A stretch of 64,000 nucleotides of DNA from a virus: the IMG/VR virus record IMGVR_UViG_2878656381_000006; one strand, given 5' to 3'. Under the pieces are notes generated by a model. The model saw nothing but the letters and a program-made list of their open reading frames with translations. It did no database searches and was not told where the DNA came from. Shown here one piece after another: positions 45,001 through 54,211 of the stretch (the stretch's first letter is position 1; the number at the start of each line of letters is the position of its first letter). The translations under genes were made by a program, and so were the position numbers.

Positions 45001-45419
45001 TGACCTGTATCATTTGCTACTTGCATGAGTTCACGAAACGTGCCCTGTGCATCTTTATTTGAACGCGAAACCAGACGAATACGCGCTTCATAGTTATTGT
45101 ATGCATCTGCTGTGTTTAAAAGCGACTGAATGCCACTTGTACCGAGATTAATACCGATAAAAGCAGTGGAAAGTTGTTGCAAACGGGATAATTGACGACT
45201 GATAGACTCAATGCCTGCACGGGTTTTACCCAGTTTATTTGTGACGTTATCGGCTTGTTTACCAAGCGCATCAAGCCCTTTTGCGCCAATTCCGCTTTTA
45301 GCACCCAGTGCGCCCGCTGATTTACCCGTGCGTTGTAATTCGGCTTCAAGTGCTTTAAAATTGTGCAACGCATTGTTTAAATCTGCTTTAATTTTTAATG
45401 CAAGTGTTAAATTTGACAT
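42072..45419 (-). CDS. Tape measure protein
   Basis: QLSQGLASGTLRGEEFNSV and GPGTGTSDSIPARLSNGEYV. Confidence 0.95.
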   Translation of the reverse strand: MSNLTLALKIKADLNNALHNFKALEAELQRTGKSAGALGAKSGIGAKGLDALGKQADNVTNKLGKTRAGIESISRQLSRLQQLSTAFIGINLGTSGIQSLLNTADAYNNYEARIRLVSRSNKDAQGTFRELMQVANDTGQLFEATAELYTRVYRSMGSNANSAEILQFTKTIQQALVVSGAGAQEAKAALIQLSQGLASGTLRGEEFNSVAEQAPVILEILQKSLGKTRGELRKMAEDGELTPQLILAATKEAQEQIQAQYDQMPKTISRAVNELSNAWLQFIGQADNATSASSLIASSISALADSLDELGAIAIVAGAVFGVRLLASLRKVAIAYVQEQAAATKSTLATRAKAQIDVMAARSAHIAAVKELELARAKDAGYASSKRLTLAMQTEEAASKRLALAKGMLAKAEASAKGVGLASRIGSGALAFVGGGFGAAVLATFGLIAAYQYLKAKEEELEAQYNQTLSSIQSHIDKTEELIESRQRLGEIGGFSDRMAQLESNKKALDDAKKELELLKAKRAEIQEINQISGFGFADTSKLEEYNKKIQELENQANKLTTNTKNLSEITESQLNAAFDAAIEHGGALAEKLREIGDANAKEAIELLTPVIKDAEEQMKSASSELDEINVKLGKELVNVTQTAKEQLLSLGEKFMAMARDAGLSGQVLDTFNKKLAENLKLIDEIDNAKIAKDNEKFFGDLSKRARQAKMTTEERLVDDINHREGATPEQIAQALKDAKAIAEGEKYRKSKNKKTKYDADAKNLELNIQYLRLTGQEVKANLTDIEGRYNKLLAEFQKAGNVEGINLIKKVLPLEQAKVQIDGVQAEINRLFQNQSAQEQRIQSQVNTGLISHLEGQRQLKEVYAQTVTEIEKQLPLLEKLSKMPGAQGEQARNMLEQMKLKIVELKSAGNDLEKAFKDGLTQGIQSSLMGLAQGTMTLRDAIKNLALTIVNSMAQIAAQQLAMQATSAIGGLFGAVGGVVTAATGGYITGPGTGTSDSIPARLSNGEYVIRAASVSRYGVDFLHAINRGQLRKYSTGGLVSMPKVSTGKEPGLTQAMQNNTGVHAVASPVHIQQTLAVDSAELFTAGINTYDGEQAVLTVIRANKQTIKEELK

Positions 45420-45431
45420 AGGAGCTCTTAT

Positions 45432-45647
45432 ATGAATAAAAAATATGATGCTTATATTGAGCTAATAGTGACTGTTATTATGACACTGCCGTTATCTATC
45501 AGCTTTTTGCTTGCGCTATTCGGTGTCTTGACTGCATTTCAAGCCCTTCTTTTAAGCTTGTTTCTCATCGCCGTGATGGGCATTATCGCGTTTATTATTA
45601 GAGAGCCTTTAGTTGCCTTGCTCGCCATTTTATTTGCCGCAATATAG
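45432..45647 (+). CDS. Small membrane protein opposite to the late operon (moron)
   Basis: AGGAG RBS; almost entirely hydrophobic; fills the gap between chaperone and tape measure genes. Confidence 0.7.
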   Translation: MNKKYDAYIELIVTVIMTLPLSISFLLALFGVLTAFQALLLSLFLIAVMGIIAFIIREPLVALLAILFAAI

Positions 45648-45677
45648 TCCATAGCCCACTTTAAAAATTGACCGCTC

Positions 45678-45950
45678 TCAAGCGGTCAATTGGGTTATAT
45701 AGTCCTGAATTTCTTTCCCACCGTTTACGCCATAGCAGGTATCCATTGTTCTGCCCGCACGTGCTCTGCGTTCACGTTGCAATGACTTTTCATAGAAAAG
45801 GGCAATTTGACGTGTGGTATAGTGTTTAACGTCTGAAAAACGATGACCGTTTGCGATTAAGTGCTCGATGAGCTCGCCGAAGTCAATGTCTCGACTTGCT
45901 TCATCGCCATTTTTTCTAGTGTCGGCTGTAACACCTTGCGGGTAAAAAAA
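45678..45950 (-). CDS. Tail assembly chaperone GT extension (-1 frame)
   Basis: LIANGH...YT.RQ..L motif in the -1 frame after the T7 slippery site. Confidence 0.7.
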   Translation of the reverse strand, partial: FFYPQGVTADTRKNGDEASRDIDFGELIEHLIANGHRFSDVKHYTTRQIALFYEKSLQRERRARAGRTMDTCYGVNGGKEIQDYITQLTA

Positions 45951-46282
45951 TCGCTGTTTACTGTCCACCAAAGCATTAATAAAGATTCTGCATCTTCGCC
46001 TTTTAAATTTTGAATAAACTCAACGCTCTGATCCGTTGATAGTGCGACCAGCTCAAGTACAGCTTGATAATGCGCGCTGATACAATCCATGAGCTTGTCA
46101 AGATTAAAGCTCTTTTTGTCTGCCATTGCATTGCGTAATACGTGAATAAATGGCATTAATTTTTCATGATGTTGTAGCTGCTGCAGTAGCGTGTATTCTT
46201 TAACTTCAACTTCCACGCCAGCAATATTAATTTTGGCGTTTGGAAACAAAATATTAAGCTCGTCTTTTACTGTTTTTGTCAT
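45857..46282 (-). CDS. Tail assembly chaperone G
   Basis: Between major tail and tape measure genes; WWTVNSDFF. Confidence 0.8.
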   Translation of the reverse strand: MTKTVKDELNILFPNAKINIAGVEVEVKEYTLLQQLQHHEKLMPFIHVLRNAMADKKSFNLDKLMDCISAHYQAVLELVALSTDQSVEFIQNLKGEDAESLLMLWWTVNSDFFTRKVLQPTLEKMAMKQVETLTSASSSST

Positions 46283-46342
46283 TTTTAAAACTCATTTAAA
46301 TGTGATTTAAAACAGCTCTCGGCACGTTGCCGAGAGTGTTAA

Positions 46343-47089
46343 TTACTTGGTGATTTTAACGACACGACCAAAGCGACCGAGCGTTTTATCGCCTGTTTTT
46401 GTTGTATCCGCTAAAATCTTCGCTTTAGCATTTAATGCATCAAGTTCATTTCCGCTATTGATAAGCGAAAGCGCATCTGTCGGATTAAAGTTCACTTTAT
46501 ACAGCTCAACTAGCGTCCATTCGTTATCTTCAGCTAAGTTCACACCCTCGAAACGCAAGAACAAGTCTTTCGGGTTTTCAGTGAGCAACGCGACATTTAA
46601 CACTTCACCATAGCTGTACGATACTGTGTCACTGTTGCTGCTAATTTCTTTTAAAAATTCGACCGCGCCGAATGTTGCATCAACAATGAAATCGGTGTTT
46701 TCAACTAAACTACCAATTGTCACTGAGCTGACGTTTTGATGCGCGAGTGCAATGCGATCACCTTTTTTGATTTCTTCCGGTAATTTTTCACCAGAGACTG
46801 AACTCGCTTCAATTTTTGTCGACTGACCAAGCAATGCTAATGAAAGATTTTCCGCACTTAACTCATGAAACTTCGCTGACACTTCACCCGTTTTCGCCGT
46901 GATGATTTTACGTACTTCTTGACGATTACCACTGTAAGATTCTTTATGCGTTAAATCTTCGACGTTTAACGAGATGCTCAATTCAGACACATCACCTACC
47001 CAGCGTTGCGCACCAATTTCACCGCTTGGCAAACGCTCTGCAAGGTAGACTTTACCCTGACCATAGCTGTATGTTTCCGCTCTACTCAT
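46343..47089 (-). CDS. Major tail tube protein
   Basis: YSYGQGKVY, HKESYSG, LRFEGVNLA. Confidence 0.85.
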   Translation of the reverse strand: MSRAETYSYGQGKVYLAERLPSGEIGAQRWVGDVSELSISLNVEDLTHKESYSGNRQEVRKIITAKTGEVSAKFHELSAENLSLALLGQSTKIEASSVSGEKLPEEIKKGDRIALAHQNVSSVTIGSLVENTDFIVDATFGAVEFLKEISSNSDTVSYSYGEVLNVALLTENPKDLFLRFEGVNLAEDNEWTLVELYKVNFNPTDALSLINSGNELDALNAKAKILADTTKTGDKTLGRFGRVVKITK

Positions 47090-47342
47090 CGTTATTTTCT
47101 CCATCATTTAAGTTGTTATCTGTATCAAGTGATTTGTTATCACCCTCGGCTTGTTTTTGATCACTTTCAGATGTGGATTTTTTATCCTTCTCTTTACTGT
47201 CATCTTTTTTCTTCTTGACAAACTCACCAATACCACGAGATGTGATAAATTGTGCATCTGCATCAGTGACATAAAGCACATCCCCCGCAGAGTGGCTCAC
47301 ACCTGCATGAATATGCGATTTAATTAACTTGACTTTTTTCAT
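47082..47342 (-). CDS. Small virion-associated protein
   Basis: VKLIKSHIHAG....GD motif, acidic tail. Confidence 0.6.
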   Translation of the reverse strand: MKKVKLIKSHIHAGVSHSAGDVLYVTDADAQFITSRGIGEFVKKKKDDSKEKDKKSTSESDQKQAEGDNKSLDTDNNLNDGENNDE

Positions 47343-47785
47343 CTATTTCTCCCCATGATGATTTTAGTTTGGTATGTTTCCATCCAGACTAGATAAGAAT
47401 TGGTGTAATCAACAATGTCACCGCGTACAAAGAAAGTTTCTTTTGCACCTTTCACCGGTGGCACCCAGCCCATCAGCCGCTCGCGGATTTTGCCAATAAC
47501 AGGGTTGCTAACATTAAAATGTGGCGTTTCGTTGCTGTATTGATACGACTGCACAATAACAATGACAGAAAAACTCACGGTGACCATTTGACGTACCGCA
47601 ATGTCATTTTGATGACCGACCTCACCATTTGGTACAACAAAGACAGCGGGGGTTGCCAACCCCGCCATACTTAACTCAGAAAGAGAACGATATTCCGCGG
47701 TAGAACCTAAAGTGTGAATATGTTCTGGTTGTAATGGCTTGAGTTGCTCAAGCACATGCTTTAAGTCAAACGGTCCATATTGCAT
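47339..47785 (-). CDS. Tail terminator protein (Mu gp37-like)
   Basis: TPAVFVV...LMGWVP; position. Confidence 0.7.
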   Translation of the reverse strand: MQYGPFDLKHVLEQLKPLQPEHIHTLGSTAEYRSLSELSMAGLATPAVFVVPNGEVGHQNDIAVRQMVTVSFSVIVIVQSYQYSNETPHFNVSNPVIGKIRERLMGWVPPVKGAKETFFVRGDIVDYTNSYLVWMETYQTKIIMGRNR

Positions 47786-48291
47786 TAGTAATCCCTCAGT
47801 GTTTCTGCCGTGAAAACACGTTCGCGTTTGATAAATTTGGGTTCACCAGAAGACTCCGCTAGCGTATCTTCAAGCCCAAGCGAAAACTTACCTTCTGCAA
47901 CTAGCTGCAACAATTTCAAGGCATCACGATAGTCACGCACAATCGGGCTATTTTTCTCTTCAGAGGGCAAATGCTGATGAAGAGAGTAGCGAACAATGGC
48001 GCGCGCCCACGTGGTTAAAATGCGTGGTACTTGCTTAAACGGTAGCTTATAGCCACGTTGACGCAAATAACCGTCAATTAACGCGCTGGAGTCTACAATC
48101 ACTTCGTCGATACGGGCGATTGACTGCTGCGCTTTTTCAACTGCCGCAGGTTGTTCACTCGCAACATCTTCGCCATCAATGATTTTGCTGATAATACGCC
48201 AGTCGGCAGGGGGTTGCCCCACCTGCGCAGTGACTTGTGCTAACTCAACAACACCCGGTTTTTCGCTTAATTGTTGCAGTGTGATATACAT
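47785..48291 (-). CDS. Head-tail adaptor (Mu gp36/DUF1320)
   Basis: IDGYL..RGY.LP...YRDALKLL..VAEGK.SLG. Confidence 0.88.
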   Translation of the reverse strand: MYITLQQLSEKPGVVELAQVTAQVGQPPADWRIISKIIDGEDVASEQPAAVEKAQQSIARIDEVIVDSSALIDGYLRQRGYKLPFKQVPRILTTWARAIVRYSLHQHLPSEEKNSPIVRDYRDALKLLQLVAEGKFSLGLEDTLAESSGEPKFIKRERVFTAETLRDY

Positions 48292-48300
48292 GTGGCGACC

Positions 48301-49224
48301 TTATGCGATAACGTTTTCAAAGAAATATCCGAGATCTGGTGCAGTGATAAGTTCTTTAACAGACTCACCAACACGCACACGGACACCACCACGATACCCC
48401 ATGTCTTTATCTTCAATTTCTCGCACTTCACGCGTACCAAATTGCGCTGTAAAACCAAAAGTAATGCCATTGGTTGCATCAGCCAGCGAATCACGGTAAA
48501 TCAATGAGCAGTGATTGCCCCACGCACGTGCAAGTACAGGTTTTTTGTTCGCATTAACGGTATTAACTAATGCTTGACCAACAAGAATTTGTTCAAGTTC
48601 TAATAGCTCACGAATAAACTCAAGTGGTACCAAACCTTCATCACCGAGCGTACCGTTATAAGCTTTCACGATGCTTTTATTCATACGCAATGCTGTTGCC
48701 GCTTTTTGCCCAAGAATCATGATGTTTGGACGCATCACTGGAATGTCGAGCGCTTCAGTTAATTGAATAATTGGCTTGGAATCATCATGCGACCATTGTT
48801 CTGCACCGCTTAATGTTTTACTTAAGCCAGAGGCATACGACCCTTTTTTAAACACAAGACCTGCCGTGCGTACTTCACGATCTAACTCGATAAGATTCGT
48901 TGTGTATTCCGTTGCTTTACCTTTTGGATTAGTGCCTTGAGGTGCATTTTTAACATCCACATTTGGGATTGGGGCATCTAATGCATAATCCTCTGTCGCA
49001 CTGGCTTTCTCTTTTGAGCCAAATTCAACTTGATTTGGACGTGATGTGCGACCAACATGTGTTTTGGGTAATGTAAACTGATCGCCAAGATTATGTTCTT
49101 TATATTTAAATTCCTGTTTACCGACAGCAACACGCGGTAAAACTTGATCTGCAATCATGCGACGGTTGCGATATGCAATCGCAATTGCCGTCAATACTGG
49201 ATTTGTTGGAAAATCTGCTTTCAT
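48301..49224 (-). CDS. Major capsid protein
   Basis: PVLTAIAIAY.N...IADQVLPRV; follows protease and decoration genes. Confidence 0.88.
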   Translation of the reverse strand: MKADFPTNPVLTAIAIAYRNRRMIADQVLPRVAVGKQEFKYKEHNLGDQFTLPKTHVGRTSRPNQVEFGSKEKASATEDYALDAPIPNVDVKNAPQGTNPKGKATEYTTNLIELDREVRTAGLVFKKGSYASGLSKTLSGAEQWSHDDSKPIIQLTEALDIPVMRPNIMILGQKAATALRMNKSIVKAYNGTLGDEGLVPLEFIRELLELEQILVGQALVNTVNANKKPVLARAWGNHCSLIYRDSLADATNGITFGFTAQFGTREVREIEDKDMGYRGGVRVRVGESVKELITAPDLGYFFENVIA

Positions 49225-49284
49225 ATGTTCTATCCTTTTTTCAAAGAGTGAAATGTTGTTTCATTCAAACTAAGTCATTTCGAG

Positions 49285-49650
49285 TTAGCCAGTGAATACA
49301 CCGTTTGTGACTAAAATACTGCCTAAGTCATCCTCTACACCATCTTCTTCCGCGATACCGATATAAGCTTGACCACTGGTAGCTTTAACCGCGCGTCCTT
49401 GGCTATCTGCTGTAACAAAATCACCACGTTTCACAGTATCGCCGTAGACAACTGGGGTGATACCAGAACGCACAACATCAATATGCTCACCAGGTTCTTT
49501 TGGTAGTCGTGTGGACACCCCGAGTAACTTATCTGTGTGTGCCGTTGCTTGTTTAGCACTGTCTTTCGCTTCACCATGACAAACGATAGTAAAGCGATTA
49601 ACACTGCCTTCAGTGACATATGCCACGATTAAACCTTGAATTTGTGTCAT
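49285..49650 (-). CDS. Capsid decoration/cement protein (DUF2190-like)
   Basis: V.YG..V.RGD.VTAD..GRAV. Confidence 0.75.
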   Translation of the reverse strand: MTQIQGLIVAYVTEGSVNRFTIVCHGEAKDSAKQATAHTDKLLGVSTRLPKEPGEHIDVVRSGITPVVYGDTVKRGDFVTADSQGRAVKATSGQAYIGIAEEDGVEDDLGSILVTNGVFTG

Positions 49651-50648
49651 GATTTTTTCCCTTTCATAATGTGATTAACAGCCTCGGTCATACTAATGAC
49701 GATACCTTTTTGTGCTTGCTCTGCCGCATATTCACTGGCAGCATTTGCAATAGACGCGCCATCCGCAAAATCAACTGCACCTTGTTCTTCGCCTTCATGA
49801 TCAGATTTAGCCGAGAAGTCCATAGGCTTTTGCGAGATAATTTCTTTAATGACATCAACAGATGATTTAGAAACAGTTTGAGAGCCATCTGAGAATGAAA
49901 TAGGCTGATTAGCATTTGCCACGAGTACTTCAATTAACGCTTGCTTTTGCGCGGGTAACACTTTGCCTTTACTAACCATTTCTGAAGCAAAGCTTGCGGC
50001 ATCTTGTTCAAGCGCGGCTTTTGCGGCTTGCTTTTGCTCTTTTTCAGCTTGTTCGACTTTATCCTCACGCGCTTTAAGTGCCGCTTCACGCGCTTTAAGC
50101 TCATCTTCACGCTGTTTATCTGCAGCCGCTTTTTCTGCTGCAATTTCTTCTGGGGTTTTATCCATGGGTTTCTCCTGTGGTTGATGGTTGATGGATTCAA
50201 TATCAAATGAAAATTCGGCAAAGGCATTTTCCGCATCACTTGCGGCAAAATTCACATCCCCCAATCCTTTTACAGCAGGTGGGGCGGCGCCTAAAAAACC
50301 GATATGATTTAAGTAATAATGACCAGGTTTAGGATTGCCAGGTGAGTCAGGCAAAAAGATTGAAGCACTGCGTTTTTTATAACGCCCCTCATTAACAGCA
50401 TCAGCGAAAGCCGCTTCTACTTGACCGACGTGTGCATAAAGGGTATCGCCCTCAATACTTGCTTGTTTTACCCAGCCGTATGATGGTGCTGTTAATTTCG
50501 GATGCCCGATGACAATTGGGGCTTCTGAAAGTTGAGGATCATAACTTGCGGCAATATCATTGAGCATGTCAGCCGTAAATGAGATTTCTCGACCATCCAT
50601 TGCTTTATGTGTGCCGAGTTTCATAATCGCCATTTTGGTTAATTTCAT
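49647..50648 (-). CDS. Prohead protease/scaffold
   Basis: APIVIGHP, YGWV, YKKRSAS, HIGFLGAAPPAVKGL; coiled-coil C-terminal half. Confidence 0.88.
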   Translation of the reverse strand: MKLTKMAIMKLGTHKAMDGREISFTADMLNDIAASYDPQLSEAPIVIGHPKLTAPSYGWVKQASIEGDTLYAHVGQVEAAFADAVNEGRYKKRSASIFLPDSPGNPKPGHYYLNHIGFLGAAPPAVKGLGDVNFAASDAENAFAEFSFDIESINHQPQEKPMDKTPEEIAAEKAAADKQREDELKAREAALKAREDKVEQAEKEQKQAAKAALEQDAASFASEMVSKGKVLPAQKQALIEVLVANANQPISFSDGSQTVSKSSVDVIKEIISQKPMDFSAKSDHEGEEQGAVDFADGASIANAASEYAAEQAQKGIVISMTEAVNHIMKGKKS

Positions 50649-50684
50649 TGCACTAAATACCTTGTTTTAACTATCACAAGGTCC

Positions 50685-50729
50685 AGTATGAAGAATGTAA
50701 AAAGATTTGTATTTTGGACGCGTCTAGAA
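50685..50729 (-). promoter_or_regulatory. Late promoter of the head operon (activator site + CATACT -10)
   Basis: 22-bp motif and -10 spacing repeated at 58589-58633. Confidence 0.75.
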
Positions 50730-50865
50730 AAATAAAAGAGAGAATATTGAGAAAGGTATAGTAAGCTGGAGATAAAAGCGTGTTTTTAAGCGTTTATAAA
50801 CGTTTATAAACACGCCAAAGTCATTTTGAGCAATAACTTATCACATCTCAGCAAATAATGCGAAA

Positions 50866-51366
50866 TTACGCGTTTGAGGGCTTAATTGCGTTTTTAATGT
50901 GATGTCGGGCAATATTTAACATTTCAGCTTGGTCTTTTTCTGAAATACCCAGCCATGGGCGGGCAGGAATTGTGACATTTTTGAAAAAGCGACCACCAAC
51001 ATGTAATGCATGTGCCGTTTTAGGCTGAATACTGCCGCCAAAATGGTGAATGGCAGCATACACTCTGTCTGAGCCAAATTCTACACCATCATTGCTGGCT
51101 TGATAACGTAATGTTTCACTTAAATGTCCATCAAGCGTTAAAATCTTATCTCGGTTTTTACGCTTAGATTGCTTATATTCTTCACTTAAAGGCTGCCAGG
51201 GCGTGCCATCAGGCGACTGCTGTTGAAGAAAGCGAATGCGGTGAATTGATAATAATTCTTCCCCCATTTCTGCAAACATTGACTTAGGATTAGCCAATGT
51301 CTTCATTGCTTGATTAAGGATCTTACTAAGCTGTACTGTGTTTATTTCAATCTTGACGCCACTCAT
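50866..51366 (-). CDS. Virion morphogenesis protein (Mu gpG / tail completion S-like)
   Basis: RF..Q.SPDG.PW.PL, YAAIHHFGG, IPARPWLG. Confidence 0.88.
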   Translation of the reverse strand: MSGVKIEINTVQLSKILNQAMKTLANPKSMFAEMGEELLSIHRIRFLQQQSPDGTPWQPLSEEYKQSKRKNRDKILTLDGHLSETLRYQASNDGVEFGSDRVYAAIHHFGGSIQPKTAHALHVGGRFFKNVTIPARPWLGISEKDQAEMLNIARHHIKNAIKPSNA

Positions 51367-51387
51367 ATTTCATCCTATAGTTAATTT

Positions 51388-51465
51388 GAAGCGAGGAAGT
51401 ACGACTCTGCCAAGTCCTCCAATTCCTCGACACACCTCACTTGTGGCAGCCAGTGAGGTTTTTTT
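51388..51465 (+). ncRNA. Candidate ~80-nt kissing-loop sRNA antisense to the late operon
   Basis: TTGACG-N17-TATAGT promoter, two hairpins with complementary loops CTGCCA/TGGCAG, T7 tract. Confidence 0.6.
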
Positions 51466-52702
51466 ATTCTCGGCGATAAAGCAATATGCCAGAGCGAACT
51501 TGTTTAATATAGTCTGCTTTTTCTGCCACAAAGTCAGTTATGCCAATCCAGCCATCTTTCCCCACTTCAAATACAGCAAGTGTCGGAATAATTTCGCCAT
51601 TTTCTTCAATTTCAATACGTGAAATATAACGACGTCGAACAACAAGGTGTTTAATATCGTGAAAATACTCAGTTTGGACCCAAATCTCATCTGGGAACTT
51701 TAATGCCTCAGCAAGCAATAGCATATATTTTTCACGACCTCGCTTTTTCAATTTTGAATGACCACTGCGTGAAGTAAAAAGTGACTTGCTGATCACCAAA
51801 GGTTCCTGCATAACATCAAAAAAGACAACAGGTTTACCGCTAGTCGCATTAAATTCACTTAAAAAATGCTGAATATAAAATTCATCACTTTGATCTGAAG
51901 GGAGAATTTTCTCACTGCTTAACTTACGAGGTAAGGGCATTTCAATATCTGTTTGAGCACGTGCTGGAAAAACACTTACACGCTTCGTATTGTCGCTATC
52001 ACGATTAAAAGGGACATGGCTTTCTAGCCTAGATGCACCTGGCGCGTATTCAAAACCAGGATCAATGCCTTTTGGTACATTAACTAATCGCGGATTTGCA
52101 GAGCGCGCGCCGACAATTTTAGGCTCTAATTGTAACGGTGGGGCAGTATCAATTTGTAGCCCCATTTTATCCATGTACCGTTGACTACGGGCGATCACTG
52201 AACATTGACAGCCCCAGGCATTAATTGGAAAGTGCGTTTTCCACCATGGGTCATCGTGGCGTAAAATTAACCCATCCCATGCCATATGTTCAGGACGAGG
52301 ATGGATCACCGCATCGGAATGTACATATTCCCAGTACGGCATTGACTCTCGCATTTCATCAAGCTGTGCATACCGCCCAGCTTGATAACTAGAACGTAAA
52401 TTTGTTTCATAAATCACGCGACTGCGCCAGTTGCGTCCACCTTTATATTGCCACTGATGTTTTTTAACGATTTCATCAAAAGCTTGGCGAAAATCCTCAA
52501 GGGTTTTGCCATTTTCAATAAAATCTTGAATGGCTGCTGCAAAATCTTCAATGATTTCCCGACGATGAGCTCCTGCAACTACGGCAGCATAATCATGCTC
52601 TGCCGCATAAATATCAGTCCATGTGGCTGTCGGTGTTGGAATTTTGCGCTTGTAAAACTCGACTTGCTCACGGAAAGGTAAACGACTATACACGGTGTTC
52701 AT
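51464..52702 (-). CDS. MuF minor head protein with C-terminal PBECR2-like nuclease-fold extension
   Basis: IYETNLRSSYQAGR, PRPEH and PINAWGCQC MuF motifs; extension with KRGR..Y..LLAEALK.PDEIW...RRRYI. Confidence 0.8.
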   Translation of the reverse strand: MNTVYSRLPFREQVEFYKRKIPTPTATWTDIYAAEHDYAAVVAGAHRREIIEDFAAAIQDFIENGKTLEDFRQAFDEIVKKHQWQYKGGRNWRSRVIYETNLRSSYQAGRYAQLDEMRESMPYWEYVHSDAVIHPRPEHMAWDGLILRHDDPWWKTHFPINAWGCQCSVIARSQRYMDKMGLQIDTAPPLQLEPKIVGARSANPRLVNVPKGIDPGFEYAPGASRLESHVPFNRDSDNTKRVSVFPARAQTDIEMPLPRKLSSEKILPSDQSDEFYIQHFLSEFNATSGKPVVFFDVMQEPLVISKSLFTSRSGHSKLKKRGREKYMLLLAEALKFPDEIWVQTEYFHDIKHLVVRRRYISRIEIEENGEIIPTLAVFEVGKDGWIGITDFVAEKADYIKQVRSGILLYRRE

Positions 52703-54209
52703 CTTTAACCTCATCAATCACGGCATTTTGCCCCGCTAAATGCGCAGCACCTAATGCGATTGCTAGTGCATTGGTATATTGCTCAAGCGACATTTCAGGC
52801 ATGAGTGTCAATAATTCATCGCGCACTTGTTCAAGTGAAGTGGCGTTATTCACTAATTCTCTTACTTGTTTAATCCAATCACTCACAACAGGTTGTAAGT
52901 TCTCACCCAATAAATCGGTCATTTGCGCGGGAATATCGCTATGATGATGCTGGTGCTCTGCAAAATCTGCTGTTTTTTTCGCCTTATTTTTCTTTTCTGG
53001 AGCAGGATGATTGTCACTCTCAACTTCTGCTTTCTCCCATTCTCCGCCATAATTGGCTTCAATTTGTGCCAATGTTGGACGATAACCTGTGGTTTCAAAG
53101 ACAATCTGATCACGTTTAGCTTTATCCGTTAAATCTTCCATTTCTTCAAATATACGATAAACCCTAGGTGGTTTGGCAGTAGCAAAGTTCATTTGAGTTA
53201 ACCATGTTACAGGTCCTTGATTAAATGACTCACAAATGACATCAGAATCCGCTTTAATAATCGATTCTAATACTTTTTCTTGTAACTCATCATTACCAAG
53301 TCTGCCAGGCGTACCTCCTGATGAGGACGTTTGTCCAAGCACAATACGTTGGATGGACTCATTCATTGTGTCAAATAAGGCTTTGTAATCTGCTGTACCA
53401 CTACATCCTGCGCTTAATAATTCAATTGGCATATCTGCAGGGACTATAATGCCACTATCAGATTGAATGGAATAGATTGCTTCAAGCAATTTATCTTGAT
53501 CGGTTGGACTGGCATTTTTGCCATAACGTCCGAGTGCGGTTGGCATACCGAACTTTTCTAAAAAAATGAGCCAAAATTTAACACCATTACGCTTAAATAA
53601 GCTTGACCAGTAAAGCCAATGAGCCAAACCGATACCGTAAGGTTCATCATCATGATCAGAGCCTGTGCAAAAAGTCCAAAAATACGGTGCAGGACATTCA
53701 ATACCTTCTGTTTGATTATCTCTTGTTAATAAGCGCAGTTCACCTTTAGGAGTAAAACGAAAGCGACGACGGTTACGCACTTTAATATCCGCGATATATT
53801 TCCCTTCTTCATTGATACGATAGATTAATTCTGCCACGGCATAGCCGTAAAACACACCGAAGTGCATCAATTTAGTCACGCGGTCAAAACCAATACTATT
53901 CACCCAGTCACGAATGAAATCCGCTGCAGCAATGTCTTGTGGTTCTTCTGATGCAGGTTCAACAATCCATTCTTTTGCAATGAGTGCATCTTGTCGTTGT
54001 GTAAATGTTCGCTTTACTTCTTCGTCACTTAACACTTGCTCATATATGCTTAAATCCCCACCGCCACGAAGACGTAACACGCCATCTTCAGGTTCTGCTA
54101 GTGCATTCACATAACCTTTTGTAATATCCTGTCCATCACCTGTTGTGGCGATTTCTCTATTTACTTCAGGTTTTTTATTTTTACTTTTAAACCAATCTGT
54201 TATAGCCAT
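52686..54209 (-). CDS. Portal protein (DUF935 / Mu gp29)
   Basis: PYGIGL, FLEKFGMPT..G.Y, VLGQT. Confidence 0.92.
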   Translation of the reverse strand: MAITDWFKSKNKKPEVNREIATTGDGQDITKGYVNALAEPEDGVLRLRGGGDLSIYEQVLSDEEVKRTFTQRQDALIAKEWIVEPASEEPQDIAAADFIRDWVNSIGFDRVTKLMHFGVFYGYAVAELIYRINEEGKYIADIKVRNRRRFRFTPKGELRLLTRDNQTEGIECPAPYFWTFCTGSDHDDEPYGIGLAHWLYWSSLFKRNGVKFWLIFLEKFGMPTALGRYGKNASPTDQDKLLEAIYSIQSDSGIIVPADMPIELLSAGCSGTADYKALFDTMNESIQRIVLGQTSSSGGTPGRLGNDELQEKVLESIIKADSDVICESFNQGPVTWLTQMNFATAKPPRVYRIFEEMEDLTDKAKRDQIVFETTGYRPTLAQIEANYGGEWEKAEVESDNHPAPEKKNKAKKTADFAEHQHHHSDIPAQMTDLLGENLQPVVSDWIKQVRELVNNATSLEQVRDELLTLMPEMSLEQYTNALAIALGAAHLAGQNAVIDEVKDEHRV

Positions 54210-54211
54210 GC

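Noticed and set aside
50782..50812. Tandem GTTTATAAAC palindromes
   Set aside because: Short and AT-rich, without spacers. Not CRISPR-like, and no function can be supported.
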